The translations under genes and the position numbers were made by a program. From Chloroflexota bacterium (lineage in GTDB: Bacteria > Chloroflexota > Limnocylindria > Limnocylindrales > CSP1-4), in NCBI GenBank assembly GCA_021783595.1, contig JAJXTS010000002.1, forward strand, positions 1 to 55,618: a stretch of 55,618 nucleotides of DNA. The letters run 5' to 3'. Below the pieces are notes generated by a model that worked only from the letters and a program-made list of their open reading frames with translations, did no database searches and had not been told where the DNA came from. This document shows, one piece after another, positions 24,885 to 32,999 of the stretch. Position 1 is the stretch's first letter, and each line of letters opens with the position of its first letter.

Positions 24885-25661
24885 TCAGCGGAAGAGGTCG
24901 GTGTCGGCGGGGATCAGCGCGGACTGGATCGAGTCCTCGCCGAGCGGCGGGTTCGCGCCGCGAACCAGGGCCACCGGTCGGCCGGCCGTCTTGCCCAGCG
25001 CGAGCTCGGCGGCCGAGGCGATCTCGTCGGCCACCGCGCGGACGGTCGTCTTCATCACCCGGCCGTCGGCATCGGGCACGCCCCGGAGATCCTCGAGCGG
25101 GTGCAGGCCGGCCACGCCGAGGGCCACGTCCACGATGCCCCAGCGCCACGGGCGGCCGAAGCTGTCGGAGATCACGACCGCCAGATCCGCGCCGAAGCGC
25201 GTCCGCAGCGCCGCGCGGATGCCGGCCGCGGACGCGTCGGGATCGACGGGGAGCAGGGTCACCAGATCGCCCGACGCCGGGCCGACGTTGCTGGCGTCCA
25301 CGCCGCCGTTGGCGCAGACGAAGCCCTGCGGCGTCTCGGTGATCAGCACGCCCTTCTCCATGCGCACCACCCGCCGGGCCTCGCGCAGGACGACCTCGAT
25401 GGCCCGGGGGTCTCGGTCCCAGCGCTCGGCCCACGTCACCGCGTCGGGTCGCGGCTCGACGGTCCGCAGGTCCACCACGGCGCCCTCGGCCTTGGACACC
25501 ACCTTCTGGGTGACGACGACCACGTCGCCCGGCGCGAGGGGCAGGGCTCCCGGCGTGGCCGCGAGGGCGTCGCCGATCAGGGCGGCGAGGTCGTCCCCGG
25601 CCTGGATCTCGGGCAGGCCCGCGAGGGCGATGATCTCGACGCGGGCGGGGTCAGCGGACAT
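24885..25661 (-). CDS. cofE: coenzyme F420:L-glutamate ligase, single-domain (258 aa)
   Basis: Internal ATG of ORF 24885..25955. Contains VVVVTQKVVSKAEG and FVCANGGVDASN motifs. The stop is followed by 88 nt of non-coding sequence, so there is no fused nitroreductase-like domain. Confidence 0.88.
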   Translation of the reverse strand: MSADPARVEIIALAGLPEIQAGDDLAALIGDALAATPGALPLAPGDVVVVTQKVVSKAEGAVVDLRTVEPRPDAVTWAERWDRDPRAIEVVLREARRVVRMEKGVLITETPQGFVCANGGVDASNVGPASGDLVTLLPVDPDASAAGIRAALRTRFGADLAVVISDSFGRPWRWGIVDVALGVAGLHPLEDLRGVPDADGRVMKTTVRAVADEIASAAELALGKTAGRPVALVRGANPPLGEDSIQSALIPADTDLFR

Positions 25662-26334
25662 GGAGCGCCTCCGGGCGGGTGGCCTCGACCAGCAGCAAAT
25701 CGTCGGGCGTGTCGAGATCGAGGGCGAGCACGCCGGCCGTCTCGACGTAGCGGGCGCCCGCGGCCCTGGCCAGACTGGCATGGGCGTTGCGGCTGTCGCC
25801 CCCGAAGGCGGGCTCGATGACCCCTGGCGGGTCCAGCACGAGCCCGTTGGTGCCGCGGCCGTGGCGGTCGGGCGCCAGCGCGACCACGGCGCGGCCGTCG
25901 CGGGATGCCGCGTCGGCGGCGGCCAGGAGCTGGCCGATCTCCGTGGCGGCGACACACGGCAGGTCGGCGGGCAGGACCAGCAGCCGATCGGCCCGACCGG
26001 CCAGGGCGTCGCGGGCCTCGGCCAGGCCGGGGTTGAGGCCGGACGACCGCTGGGCGATCGGCTCCGCGCCCGCGTCCGATGCGGCCGCCAGGGCGTCCGG
26101 GTCCGGCGAGACGACCGCCACCAGGTCCACGCCGGCTGTCCCCCGGGCCGCCGAGACCGCCCGGCGCAGCAGCAGCTCCACGAGTTCGCGCCGCTCCTCC
26201 GCGTCGAGCACGGCGCCCAGCCGCGACTTGGCGCCCTCGAGCGCCCGCACGGGGATCACGACAGCGGTGCGGCGCGGCGGCGGAGAGGTGGAATCGGCCG
26301 CGTCGGGGGGCTGTCGGGCGTGGTCTTGGTGCAC
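25651..26334 (-). CDS. cofC: 2-phospho-L-lactate / phosphoenolpyruvate guanylyltransferase
   Basis: Contains VVIPVRALEGAKSRLG, LLVLPADLP and GTNGL motifs of CofC/FbiD. Overlaps cofE by 11 nt. The exact start is uncertain. Confidence 0.85.
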   Translation of the reverse strand: MHQDHARQPPDAADSTSPPPRRTAVVIPVRALEGAKSRLGAVLDAEERRELVELLLRRAVSAARGTAGVDLVAVVSPDPDALAAASDAGAEPIAQRSSGLNPGLAEARDALAGRADRLLVLPADLPCVAATEIGQLLAAADAASRDGRAVVALAPDRHGRGTNGLVLDPPGVIEPAFGGDSRNAHASLARAAGARYVETAGVLALDLDTPDDLLLVEATRPEALHVR

Positions 26335-26422
26335 GGTTCGATGCTAGCGCGGGGCGAGCGGGTTGCACCCGACGCGGGGTCACCGAGCGTGCCGCCGCTC
26401 GCCCTCCGCCGACGATGCTCCC

Positions 26423-27370
26423 CTAGGCCACCCGGACCGCGGCCAGCACGGTGGCGGCGAGCCGCTCCCGGGTGGCGTCGTCGGTCATGACCGTGTCCGT
26501 CACCAACGCGCGCAGGCCGAGCGCCTCGACGGCCGGGGCGAGCGCCGCGTCCACCTCGTCGAGCACGAACACGTCCACGAGATCCGCGTACAGCCGGGCC
26601 ACCCCGAGCGCCGACGACTCGTGGCCGAGCGAGGCGAGCATCCGATCGGCCGGGCCCTTGAGCGCGCGGCCGCCCACGATGGGGCTGACCCCGGCAGTCC
26701 GAGCGCCTCGGGCGCGTGCCGCGGCGAGGAGCGCGCGCATCCCGGGCACGGCCAGGATGGGGCCGATGGACACGAGCGGGTTGGAGGGCCCGATGATGAT
26801 GGCCTCGGCAGCCGCCAGCGCCGCCACCACTTCAGGGGTTGGCGCTGCGGCCGCGATGCCGTCGAGCCGCAGGCCGCGGACCTCGGGCGCCTGGCGCCGG
26901 TGGACGAAGTACTCCTGGAACTCGAGCCAGCCGTCGTCGGTCTGCACCTCGGTCGCCACGCGGGCGTCGGACATGGGCAGGATGCGCGCGGCGATCCCGA
27001 GCGCCCGCTGGGCCGCGAGGCACGCCTCGGTGGGGCGTCGTCCCGACCGCACGGCCGCGGTCCGCACGATGTGCAGCGCCAGGTCCCGGTCGCCCAGCGA
27101 GAACCACATGGGCTCGCCGTAGGCGCCCAGCTGGGTCATCACCCCGTGCGTGTCGCCCTCGACGCCCCAGCCGAGCCCGGCCTGCTCGATCCCGGCGAGG
27201 GTGTACATCACGGTGTCGTGATCGGGCATCACGAGCAGCCCGTGGCGCTCGCTGTCGTCGGCCGTGTTCACGATGACGGCCAGCCGGTCGCCCAGTCGCG
27301 CCTGCAGCCCCTCGGCCAGCTTGGCCCCGCCAACCCCGCCGGCGAGCGCGACGACCGACGGGCCGGCCAC
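26423..27370 (-). CDS. cofD: 2-phospho-L-lactate transferase
   Basis: 315 aa, starting VVALAGGVGGAKLAEGL...VNTADD, with IIGPSNPLVSIGPIL further in (CofD/FbiA). Confidence 0.9.
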   Translation of the reverse strand: MAGPSVVALAGGVGGAKLAEGLQARLGDRLAVIVNTADDSERHGLLVMPDHDTVMYTLAGIEQAGLGWGVEGDTHGVMTQLGAYGEPMWFSLGDRDLALHIVRTAAVRSGRRPTEACLAAQRALGIAARILPMSDARVATEVQTDDGWLEFQEYFVHRRQAPEVRGLRLDGIAAAAPTPEVVAALAAAEAIIIGPSNPLVSIGPILAVPGMRALLAAARARGARTAGVSPIVGGRALKGPADRMLASLGHESSALGVARLYADLVDVFVLDEVDAALAPAVEALGLRALVTDTVMTDDATRERLAATVLAAVRVA

Positions 27371-27371
27371 C

Positions 27372-27794
27372 TCAGCCCTCGAGGTGGTCGTGGACGCCGG
27401 TGATCCGGACGAGGAACGTCACGCGGGGCTGGCTGCGGAAGCTGGCCTCGGTGTCGGGATCCACGGTGCCGCCCTCGCTGTAGCGGCGGGCGAGCAGCAT
27501 GATGTCGTCGCGGGAGCGGGCGAGATCGTCAATCGCCTCGTCCACCACCCCGGTGATGCCCAGCCAGTGGTAGGCGTCGGCGGCAATCGCCAGGGCGATC
27601 CGGCCGTCGCGCTGGAGGTTGGTGCACCACCGGCGCGGGGTGCGGCTGTTGATCAGGATCCGGCCGTCGTCGAGGTGGGCGTACCAGATCACGGCCTGGC
27701 GCGGTGCCCCGTCCTCGTCGAGCGTGGCGACGGTGGCGTAGTGGCGGCCGGCGAGGAACGCGGCGTGGGCGGGATGCAGCGCAATGGACTCCAT
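27372..27794 (-). CDS. pyridoxamine-5'-phosphate-oxidase-family (split beta-barrel, F420/FMN-binding type) protein
   Basis: C-terminal 140 aa of ORF 27372..27971, from MESIALHPAHAAFLAGRHYATVATLDEDGAPRQAVIWY... Its TGA (27374-27372) is 1 nt from the cofD GTG (27370). Confidence 0.8.
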   Translation of the reverse strand: MESIALHPAHAAFLAGRHYATVATLDEDGAPRQAVIWYAHLDDGRILINSRTPRRWCTNLQRDGRIALAIAADAYHWLGITGVVDEAIDDLARSRDDIMLLARRYSEGGTVDPDTEASFRSQPRVTFLVRITGVHDHLEG

Positions 27795-27891
27795 GCTGCC
27801 GATGGTAGCCCGGTCGGGCCCGGCCGCGCGGCGCGGGAGCCGGGCTCGGCGTGCCGAGCCGAGCCGGGCCGTCGGCGCCGGCCGCCGGACG

Positions 27892-28263
27892 TCAGGGGAC
27901 GACGCTGGGCGCCACGGTCGCGGGGTCCGCCGGGGCAGTGGCCGCGGGGCAGCCGTTCCACGACTGGGCACAGCCGCCGCTGCTGCCGGTCGCGTCGCCG
28001 CCCGAGCCCCACCCGCCGCTGGCCGCCGTGTACACGCCCATAGCGAGGCCGGCGATCAGGACGAGGGCGCCGAGCGCCCCGAGCGCCCGCGAGCCGCGGG
28101 CGGGGCCGCGGGCGGGCTCCGGGCCGCTCACCGGCACCGCGGCCGACTCGACCGTGTCGGGCAGGTCACCTTGGACGAGGCCGCGGCGGACGGCATAGGC
28201 GACGAGCAGGGCGATGCCCACGACGATGAGGATCGCGGCCAGGACGCCGGACAGGGGCCACAT
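27892..28263 (-). CDS. small membrane protein (2 predicted TM helices), unknown function
   Basis: 123-aa ORF with strongly GC3-biased codons and a GAAGGAGAA ribosome-binding site. Hydrophobic segments: LSGVLAAILIVVGIALLVAYAV and ALGALGALVLIAGLAMGVY. Confidence 0.7.
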   Translation of the reverse strand: MWPLSGVLAAILIVVGIALLVAYAVRRGLVQGDLPDTVESAAVPVSGPEPARGPARGSRALGALGALVLIAGLAMGVYTAASGGWGSGGDATGSSGGCAQSWNGCPAATAPADPATVAPSVVP

Positions 28264-28285
28264 GGGGGACGGTTCTCCTTCTCTG

Positions 28286-28314
28286 GTCGGGCTAGGGTCG
28301 GGCTAGGGTCGGGG
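28286..28314. repeat. 11-bp tandem repeat (GGTCGGGCTAG x2.6)
   Basis: ggtcgggctagggtcgggctagggtcgggg, in the divergent intergenic region between the membrane-protein gene and the inositol monophosphatase gene. Confidence 0.7.
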
Positions 28315-28433
28315 TTCGACGGCTGCCCGCACCCCAGTCCAACGGCCCATCGTGCAGGGCGCTTCGGCCCGGTCCGGGGTCAGACGCGGCGCCGCCCACC
28401 GCGCCATCGCGGCATCTCTGGCACGATCGGTTC

Positions 28434-29330
28434 ATGCCGCCGCCCCCCGCCTCCCAGTCCGGCCCCGCCACGAGTCGCCTCGCCGCCGACGCCGTCTTCG
28501 CTCGCGACGTCGCGGAGCGCGCCGCGCAGATCCTGCGCGACCGCTACGAGCGTGTCGGGGAGATCACCTACAAGTCGCCCAAGGACGTGGTGACCGAGGT
28601 GGACCACCTGTCCGAGGCGCTCATCCTGGGCGCGATCCGGGAGCGTTTCCCCGGCGACGGGATCCTGGCCGAGGAATCGGGCGAGCACCGCGGCCACGGC
28701 GGGCACGGGCCGGCGGCCGGGGCCGCCGTCTCTGCCGACTGCGCCGATGCTGCCGCGCGCAGCCTCGCCGCGGGTCGAACCTGGATCGTGGATCCGCTCG
28801 ACGGCACCGTGAACTATGCCAACGGGCTGCCCCTGTTCTGCGTGTCGGTGGCGCTGGTGGTGGACGGCCGGCCGTCGGTGGGCGTGGTCGTGGATCCGAT
28901 GCGGCACGAGACCTTCTGGGCCACCTCGGACGGCCCGGCGATGCTCGGCGACCGCGTGCTGCGCGGCTCGGCCAAGGAGCGCCTGAGCGACCTGGTGATC
29001 CAGATGGCGCTGGCCGGGCCGTCGATCGCGACGCGCATGCGGGCCGTGCGCAAGGCCGTGCGCGTGTCGCGGAACATCGGCACGTCCGCTCTGGCGTTCA
29101 CCTATGTGGCCGCGGGGCGGTTCGACGCGGCGATCCAGTCCGCGGGCATGTCCGCCTGGGACATCGCCGCGGCGGGGCTGATCGCGGAGCGCGCGGGCGC
29201 CGTCGTCACCGACGCGGAGGGCGGGCCGTGGTTCGACGTCCACCGCGCAACGCGCACGTTCGGCTGCGTCGCGGCCCCCGTCTCCCACCATGCGGAGCTG
29301 CTCCGCCTGTCACGCCGGCCGCAGGGCTGA
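28434..29330 (+). CDS. inositol monophosphatase family protein
   Basis: Contains ILAEESG and WIVDPLDGTVNYANG motifs plus the C-terminal WDIAAAGLI motif. Confidence 0.88.
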   Translation: MPPPPASQSGPATSRLAADAVFARDVAERAAQILRDRYERVGEITYKSPKDVVTEVDHLSEALILGAIRERFPGDGILAEESGEHRGHGGHGPAAGAAVSADCADAAARSLAAGRTWIVDPLDGTVNYANGLPLFCVSVALVVDGRPSVGVVVDPMRHETFWATSDGPAMLGDRVLRGSAKERLSDLVIQMALAGPSIATRMRAVRKAVRVSRNIGTSALAFTYVAAGRFDAAIQSAGMSAWDIAAAGLIAERAGAVVTDAEGGPWFDVHRATRTFGCVAAPVSHHAELLRLSRRPQG

Positions 29331-29354
29331 CCGGCCGGCCCCCGGGAGAGCGCG

Positions 29355-30242
29355 CTACCGCCAGCGCGGCGGTCGGTTGGCCAGCCGGGGCAGGCCCCAC
29401 TCGTCGCAGAACGCCGCCCAGCGGTCGCGATCGGCGCCCGCCCAGCGCAGGTCGTCGGCATCGGCCTGCGGGATCGGCACGCCGTCGGAGGCCGTCCGGA
29501 GCGTGGCCAGGTCGCGGAACAGCAGCGCGTCGTCACGGTGCTCGCGCAGGGTCGCGGCGAGCCCGGCCGCGCCCCGGACCGCCACGTCCCAGGCGTCGGC
29601 TTCGGGCGGGATGGCCTCGAGCCGCCCGTAGCGGGCGACCACCGCCGCCGCCGACTTCTCGCCCCAGCCCGGCAGCCCGGGGAAACCGTCGGCGGCATCG
29701 CCGACCAGCGCCAGCCGGTCCGCCACGCCCGCAGGCGGGACGCCCCACTTGGCGCGGACGCCGGCCTCGTCGTAGACCAGGTCCCGCCGCCGGTCCCAGA
29801 GCACCACGCGGTCGCCCCTGACGCACTGCGCGAGGTCCTTGTCCGGCGTGCAGATGACGATCCGCTCCACGCGCGGGTCGGCGGCGAAGCGGTCGGCCGC
29901 CGCGGCGATCGCGTCGTCGGCCTCGAACTCGACCATGGGCCAGAGGACGATCCCCAGCGCCTCGATCGCGGCCTCGGCCACGGGGAACTGCGCCAGCAGC
30001 TCGGGGGGCACGCCCGCGTCGGTCTTGTACCCGGCGTACCGGTCGTTGCGGAACGAGCGGATCACCCGGTCCGTCGCGCAGCCCACGTGGGTCGCGCCCT
30101 GGTCCCGCAGCAGGAGGCACAGCTGCTCCACGAGGCCGCTGACCCCCGAGAGCACCGTGCCGTCCCTGCCGCGGACGGGCGGGCGCGGCGAGAAGTGCGC
30201 GCGGAACAGCTCGTAGGTCGCATCCACGAGATGGATCTGCAC
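29355..30242 (-). CDS. 5'-3' exonuclease / flap-endonuclease-like (PIN plus H3TH domains)
   Basis: C-terminal 295 aa of ORF 29355..30863 from GTG 30242: VQIHLVDATYELFRAHF..., then EADDAIAAAA, DKDLAQCV and LVGDAADGFPGLPGWGEKSAA. Confidence 0.82.
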   Translation of the reverse strand: MQIHLVDATYELFRAHFSPRPPVRGRDGTVLSGVSGLVEQLCLLLRDQGATHVGCATDRVIRSFRNDRYAGYKTDAGVPPELLAQFPVAEAAIEALGIVLWPMVEFEADDAIAAAADRFAADPRVERIVICTPDKDLAQCVRGDRVVLWDRRRDLVYDEAGVRAKWGVPPAGVADRLALVGDAADGFPGLPGWGEKSAAAVVARYGRLEAIPPEADAWDVAVRGAAGLAATLREHRDDALLFRDLATLRTASDGVPIPQADADDLRWAGADRDRWAAFCDEWGLPRLANRPPRWR

Positions 30243-30295
30243 GGGCGCCTCGCTCGCGATCGGCTCGGGGTTGACCGGGACCGGCGATGGGCGGG

Positions 30296-30829
30296 TCAGG
30301 CGACCGCGCCGTCCTCGACCAGCCGCTTGAGCCGCTCGAGGTCCGCCTGGAAGATGGCGCGGAGCACCGTCGCCTGCATCGCCGCGGCGAGGTGGGGGAG
30401 TAGCGGCGCGACCAGCGTCTCCTCCCAGCGCAGTGTCGTGGTGGTGCCGTCCGCCCCCGACTCGAGCGTGATGACGCCGCCACCCTTGAACAGGCCCAGG
30501 TGGCGGATGGCGTAGCGGTGCGGCGGGTCGAGCTCGACCACCTCGACCGGGTCGGTGACCGAGAGGCCCAGGATCCGGACCGTGGCCTCGCCGCGCTGGC
30601 CCACGTGGGCGCGCCCGGGCGGGTCGAGGCGGAGCGCCTGCATCTCGGTCATCCACTCCACCTGGAACGGCACGTCCGCGACGGCGGCCCACACAGCGTC
30701 GATGGGCGCGTCCACCACCGCGAGCATGCGCATCGGCCCGGGGGCGCCGCGGCCGCGGGCGAGGAGCCGGTCGGCGGCCAGCGCGGCCGGGAGCCCGACC
30801 AGGCCGAGGGCGAGGATCCGTCGGAGCAC
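30296..30829 (-). CDS. SRPBCC (polyketide-cyclase/dehydrase-like) family protein
   Basis: C-terminal ~177 aa of ORF 30296..31204, containing VVDAPIDAVWAAVADV...RYAIRHLGLFKGGGVITLE. The start (GTG 30829 or a later ATG) is uncertain. Confidence 0.7.
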   Translation of the reverse strand: MLRRILALGLVGLPAALAADRLLARGRGAPGPMRMLAVVDAPIDAVWAAVADVPFQVEWMTEMQALRLDPPGRAHVGQRGEATVRILGLSVTDPVEVVELDPPHRYAIRHLGLFKGGGVITLESGADGTTTTLRWEETLVAPLLPHLAAAMQATVLRAIFQADLERLKRLVEDGAVA

Positions 30830-30840
30830 CGTGGCGACCC

Positions 30841-31446
30841 TCAGGCACCCTGGCCGGCGACAACCGTGACGCCGGCCGCGCGCAGCTCCATGAGCGCCTG
30901 ATCGCCGTCGCCCGGGTGCACGTTGACGGCGGCCACGCCGTCCGCCAGCACCGTGGTCCGGTGGCCGAGGCGGACCGCGTCGAGGGCCGTGTGCCGGACG
31001 CAGTAGTCCGTGGCCAGCCCGACGATCACCACCTGCTCCACGCCCGCCTCGTGGAGGAGCATCTCGAGCGGGGTCGGCACCGTGGCGCCGGTGCCCGGGT
31101 CCCGCATGGTGAATGCCGAGTACCCGTCCTCGCCGTTGGTTCCCTTGCGGATCAGCGGCGAGCCTGTCGGGCAGTCCAGGCCGGGGCAGAGCTCCGCGCC
31201 CCACGTGTCGGCCACGCAGTGGTCGGGCCAGGCGCCGCCGTCGCTCGCGAAGTGCGGGGTGTGGCGAGGGTGCCAGTCCTGGGAGTAGACCACGAGCGCC
31301 CGCCCGGCCCGCGCCTGCGCGATCTGGGCATTGACGACGGGCAGGACGTCTGCTGCGCCCGCCACCGCCAACGTGCCGCGCGGATCCGCGAAGTCGTTCT
31401 GCATGTCCACGACGATGAGTGCGACGCCGGGACCGTAGCGCATCAT
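30841..31446 (-). CDS. pncA: nicotinamidase/pyrazinamidase (isochorismatase family)
   Basis: Starts MMRYGPGVALIVVDMQNDFADP, followed by DWHP...HF, HCV and VGLATDYCV with the catalytic cysteine. Confidence 0.85.
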   Translation of the reverse strand: MMRYGPGVALIVVDMQNDFADPRGTLAVAGAADVLPVVNAQIAQARAGRALVVYSQDWHPRHTPHFASDGGAWPDHCVADTWGAELCPGLDCPTGSPLIRKGTNGEDGYSAFTMRDPGTGATVPTPLEMLLHEAGVEQVVIVGLATDYCVRHTALDAVRLGHRTTVLADGVAAVNVHPGDGDQALMELRAAGVTVVAGQGA

Positions 31447-31552
31447 GGCGCTACCGTACCGCGACCCGCGCCGTCCGTCGCGCCCCGCGCGCAGCGGCGA
31501 GCCGCGCGCCCTGCGTCGCGGGTGGCGCGGGTCGGCTCGGCCGTCCGGCCCG

Positions 31553-32317
31553 CTAGGCCCCAACGGTTGCGCCGCGCGTCCGGGGCCCGTCCCGAGCGGG
31601 TGGCGGCTCGTCCACCGCCGGCGGCTGCGGCTCCACGTCGAGCAGGTAGCCGATCCCCTGGAAGGTGCGGATTCGGCCGGCCTCGCCCGGCTTCGCGCCC
31701 AGCTTGCGCCGGACCCGCGACACCCAGACCCGCAGGTACTGGAGGTCGTCCCGGTACTCCGGGCCCCAGACCTTGGTCAGCAGCTCGGTGTGGAGGACGA
31801 CCTTGCCGGCATTGGCGGCGAGGTGCTGCAGCAGCAGCCACTCGGTTCGCGACAGCGCCACCAGCTCACCCGCCCGGGTGACCGTCCGGCGCTCCAGGTC
31901 GATCTCGACGTCGTCGAAGCGGATGACGCCCGCCCCCGGCTGGAACCCCGTTGCCCGGCGGATCACCGCCCGGACCCGCGCCGCCAGCTCGTCGGGGTGG
32001 AAGGGCTTGGCGATGTAGTCGTCGGCGCCCAGGTCCAGCCCCTTGGCCTTGTCGGTGGCGGAGCCCTTGGCCGTGAGCAGGATGACCGGCACGGGGCGCC
32101 GCTCGCGGAGGCGGCGCATGACCTCGATGCCGTCGAGATCGGGCAGGACGATGTCGAGCAGGACGATGTCGGGGCGGATCTCCTCGGCGCGGGCGAGCGC
32201 CTCCTCCCCGGTGGCGGCGCTGATGACCCGGAACCCCTCGTCGGTCAGGGCGATGGAGACGAGCTTGGTGATCCGAGGCTCGTCGTCAGCAACGAGCACG
32301 AGCGTCCGGGTACTCAT
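31553..32317 (-). CDS. OmpR/PhoB-family response regulator (orphan, no adjacent kinase)
   Basis: Receiver domain (VLVADDEP...DIVLLDIVLPDLDG...LTAKG) plus a winged-helix output domain (LSRTEWLLLQHL...RVWVSRVRRKL...GIGYLL). Confidence 0.9.
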   Translation of the reverse strand: MSTRTLVLVADDEPRITKLVSIALTDEGFRVISAATGEEALARAEEIRPDIVLLDIVLPDLDGIEVMRRLRERRPVPVILLTAKGSATDKAKGLDLGADDYIAKPFHPDELAARVRAVIRRATGFQPGAGVIRFDDVEIDLERRTVTRAGELVALSRTEWLLLQHLAANAGKVVLHTELLTKVWGPEYRDDLQYLRVWVSRVRRKLGAKPGEAGRIRTFQGIGYLLDVEPQPPAVDEPPPARDGPRTRGATVGA

Positions 32318-32439
32318 CTCGCCACCTCGTCAAGGGAGTGCCGTCCCCCCTGGCTCCATGATGCCGGGGTTCGGTGCGACGCGCAGGCGGCGTGGCGGCT
32401 CGGCGCGGCGAGGGGCCGGCGCGCTCGCGGCCGGGTCGT

Positions 32440-32583
32440 CCATTTCGGGACTCAACGGTTGCGCGGCCGCGCGCTCGCGGCCGCAACGGGTCGCGCCCGT
32501 CCCGCGGCACGGCGCGCGGCGCAACGGACCGGACCCGATCCGGCCGGGGCGGCGCATGACGGAACCGTTGAGTCTCGAAATGG
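32440..32583. repeat. 144-bp element bounded by 21-nt inverted repeats (20/21 match) enclosing a 12-bp GC hairpin
   Basis: Left arm: ccatttcgggactcaacggtt (32440-32460). Right arm: aaccgttgagtctcgaaatgg (32563-32583). Inner hairpin at 32458-32487. Both strands translate the same PFRDSTV peptide in the ORF track, which confirms the symmetry. Confidence 0.75.
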
Positions 32584-32587
32584 CCGA

Positions 32588-32645
32588 GGGGGCGGGGGGC
32601 CGGTGGCCGAGGGGGCCGGGGCCCGAGGGTGCCGGGGGCCGGGGG
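32588..32645 (+). repeat. dense G-tract cluster (seven runs of G3-G6 within 58 nt), G-quadruplex-capable
   Basis: gggggcggggggccggtggccgagggggccggggcccgagggtgccgggggccggggg, including a ggccgaggggg direct repeat. Confidence 0.6.
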
Positions 32646-32999
32646 CCGACCCTGATTCCCGCCGGGCGGGCGCTCCGCCGCACGTGCCCGCCGAGCGGTC
32701 AGCCTGGCGCGCGGGGAGCCACCTTCGGCGCCCGCGCGGGCCGCATCTCGCGTCGAGCTGCCCGAACGGCGTCGCCTGCGAGAACGCACTCGGCCGGTTC
32801 GCCGGGCCCAGCGCTCCCGGATCGGGGCCGACTGCGGCTCCCGAGGCAGCACATCGACCGGCGGCGATCGCACGTGCGGCCCCGCCGGCTGCGCGACAGT
32901 CAGGACGCCAGCCCGCCACCAACGCCCCTCCGGGATCGGTACTACGCTGTAGCCCGCCCAACGACCCCGCAGCGGTCCGTCGCGTCCACCGGAGCCTGC

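Noticed and set aside
28305-28325. GGGGTTCGAC motif, checked as a possible tRNA T-loop
   Set aside because: No complementary T-stem or acceptor stem exists. It is the tail of the 11-bp tandem repeat.
31561-31572. The 12-mer CAACGGTTGCGC is shared between the response-regulator 3' end and the left arm of the aceE-upstream element (32453-32464)
   Set aside because: It is a single short match with poor flanking similarity. This is insufficient to argue for duplication or a regulatory link.
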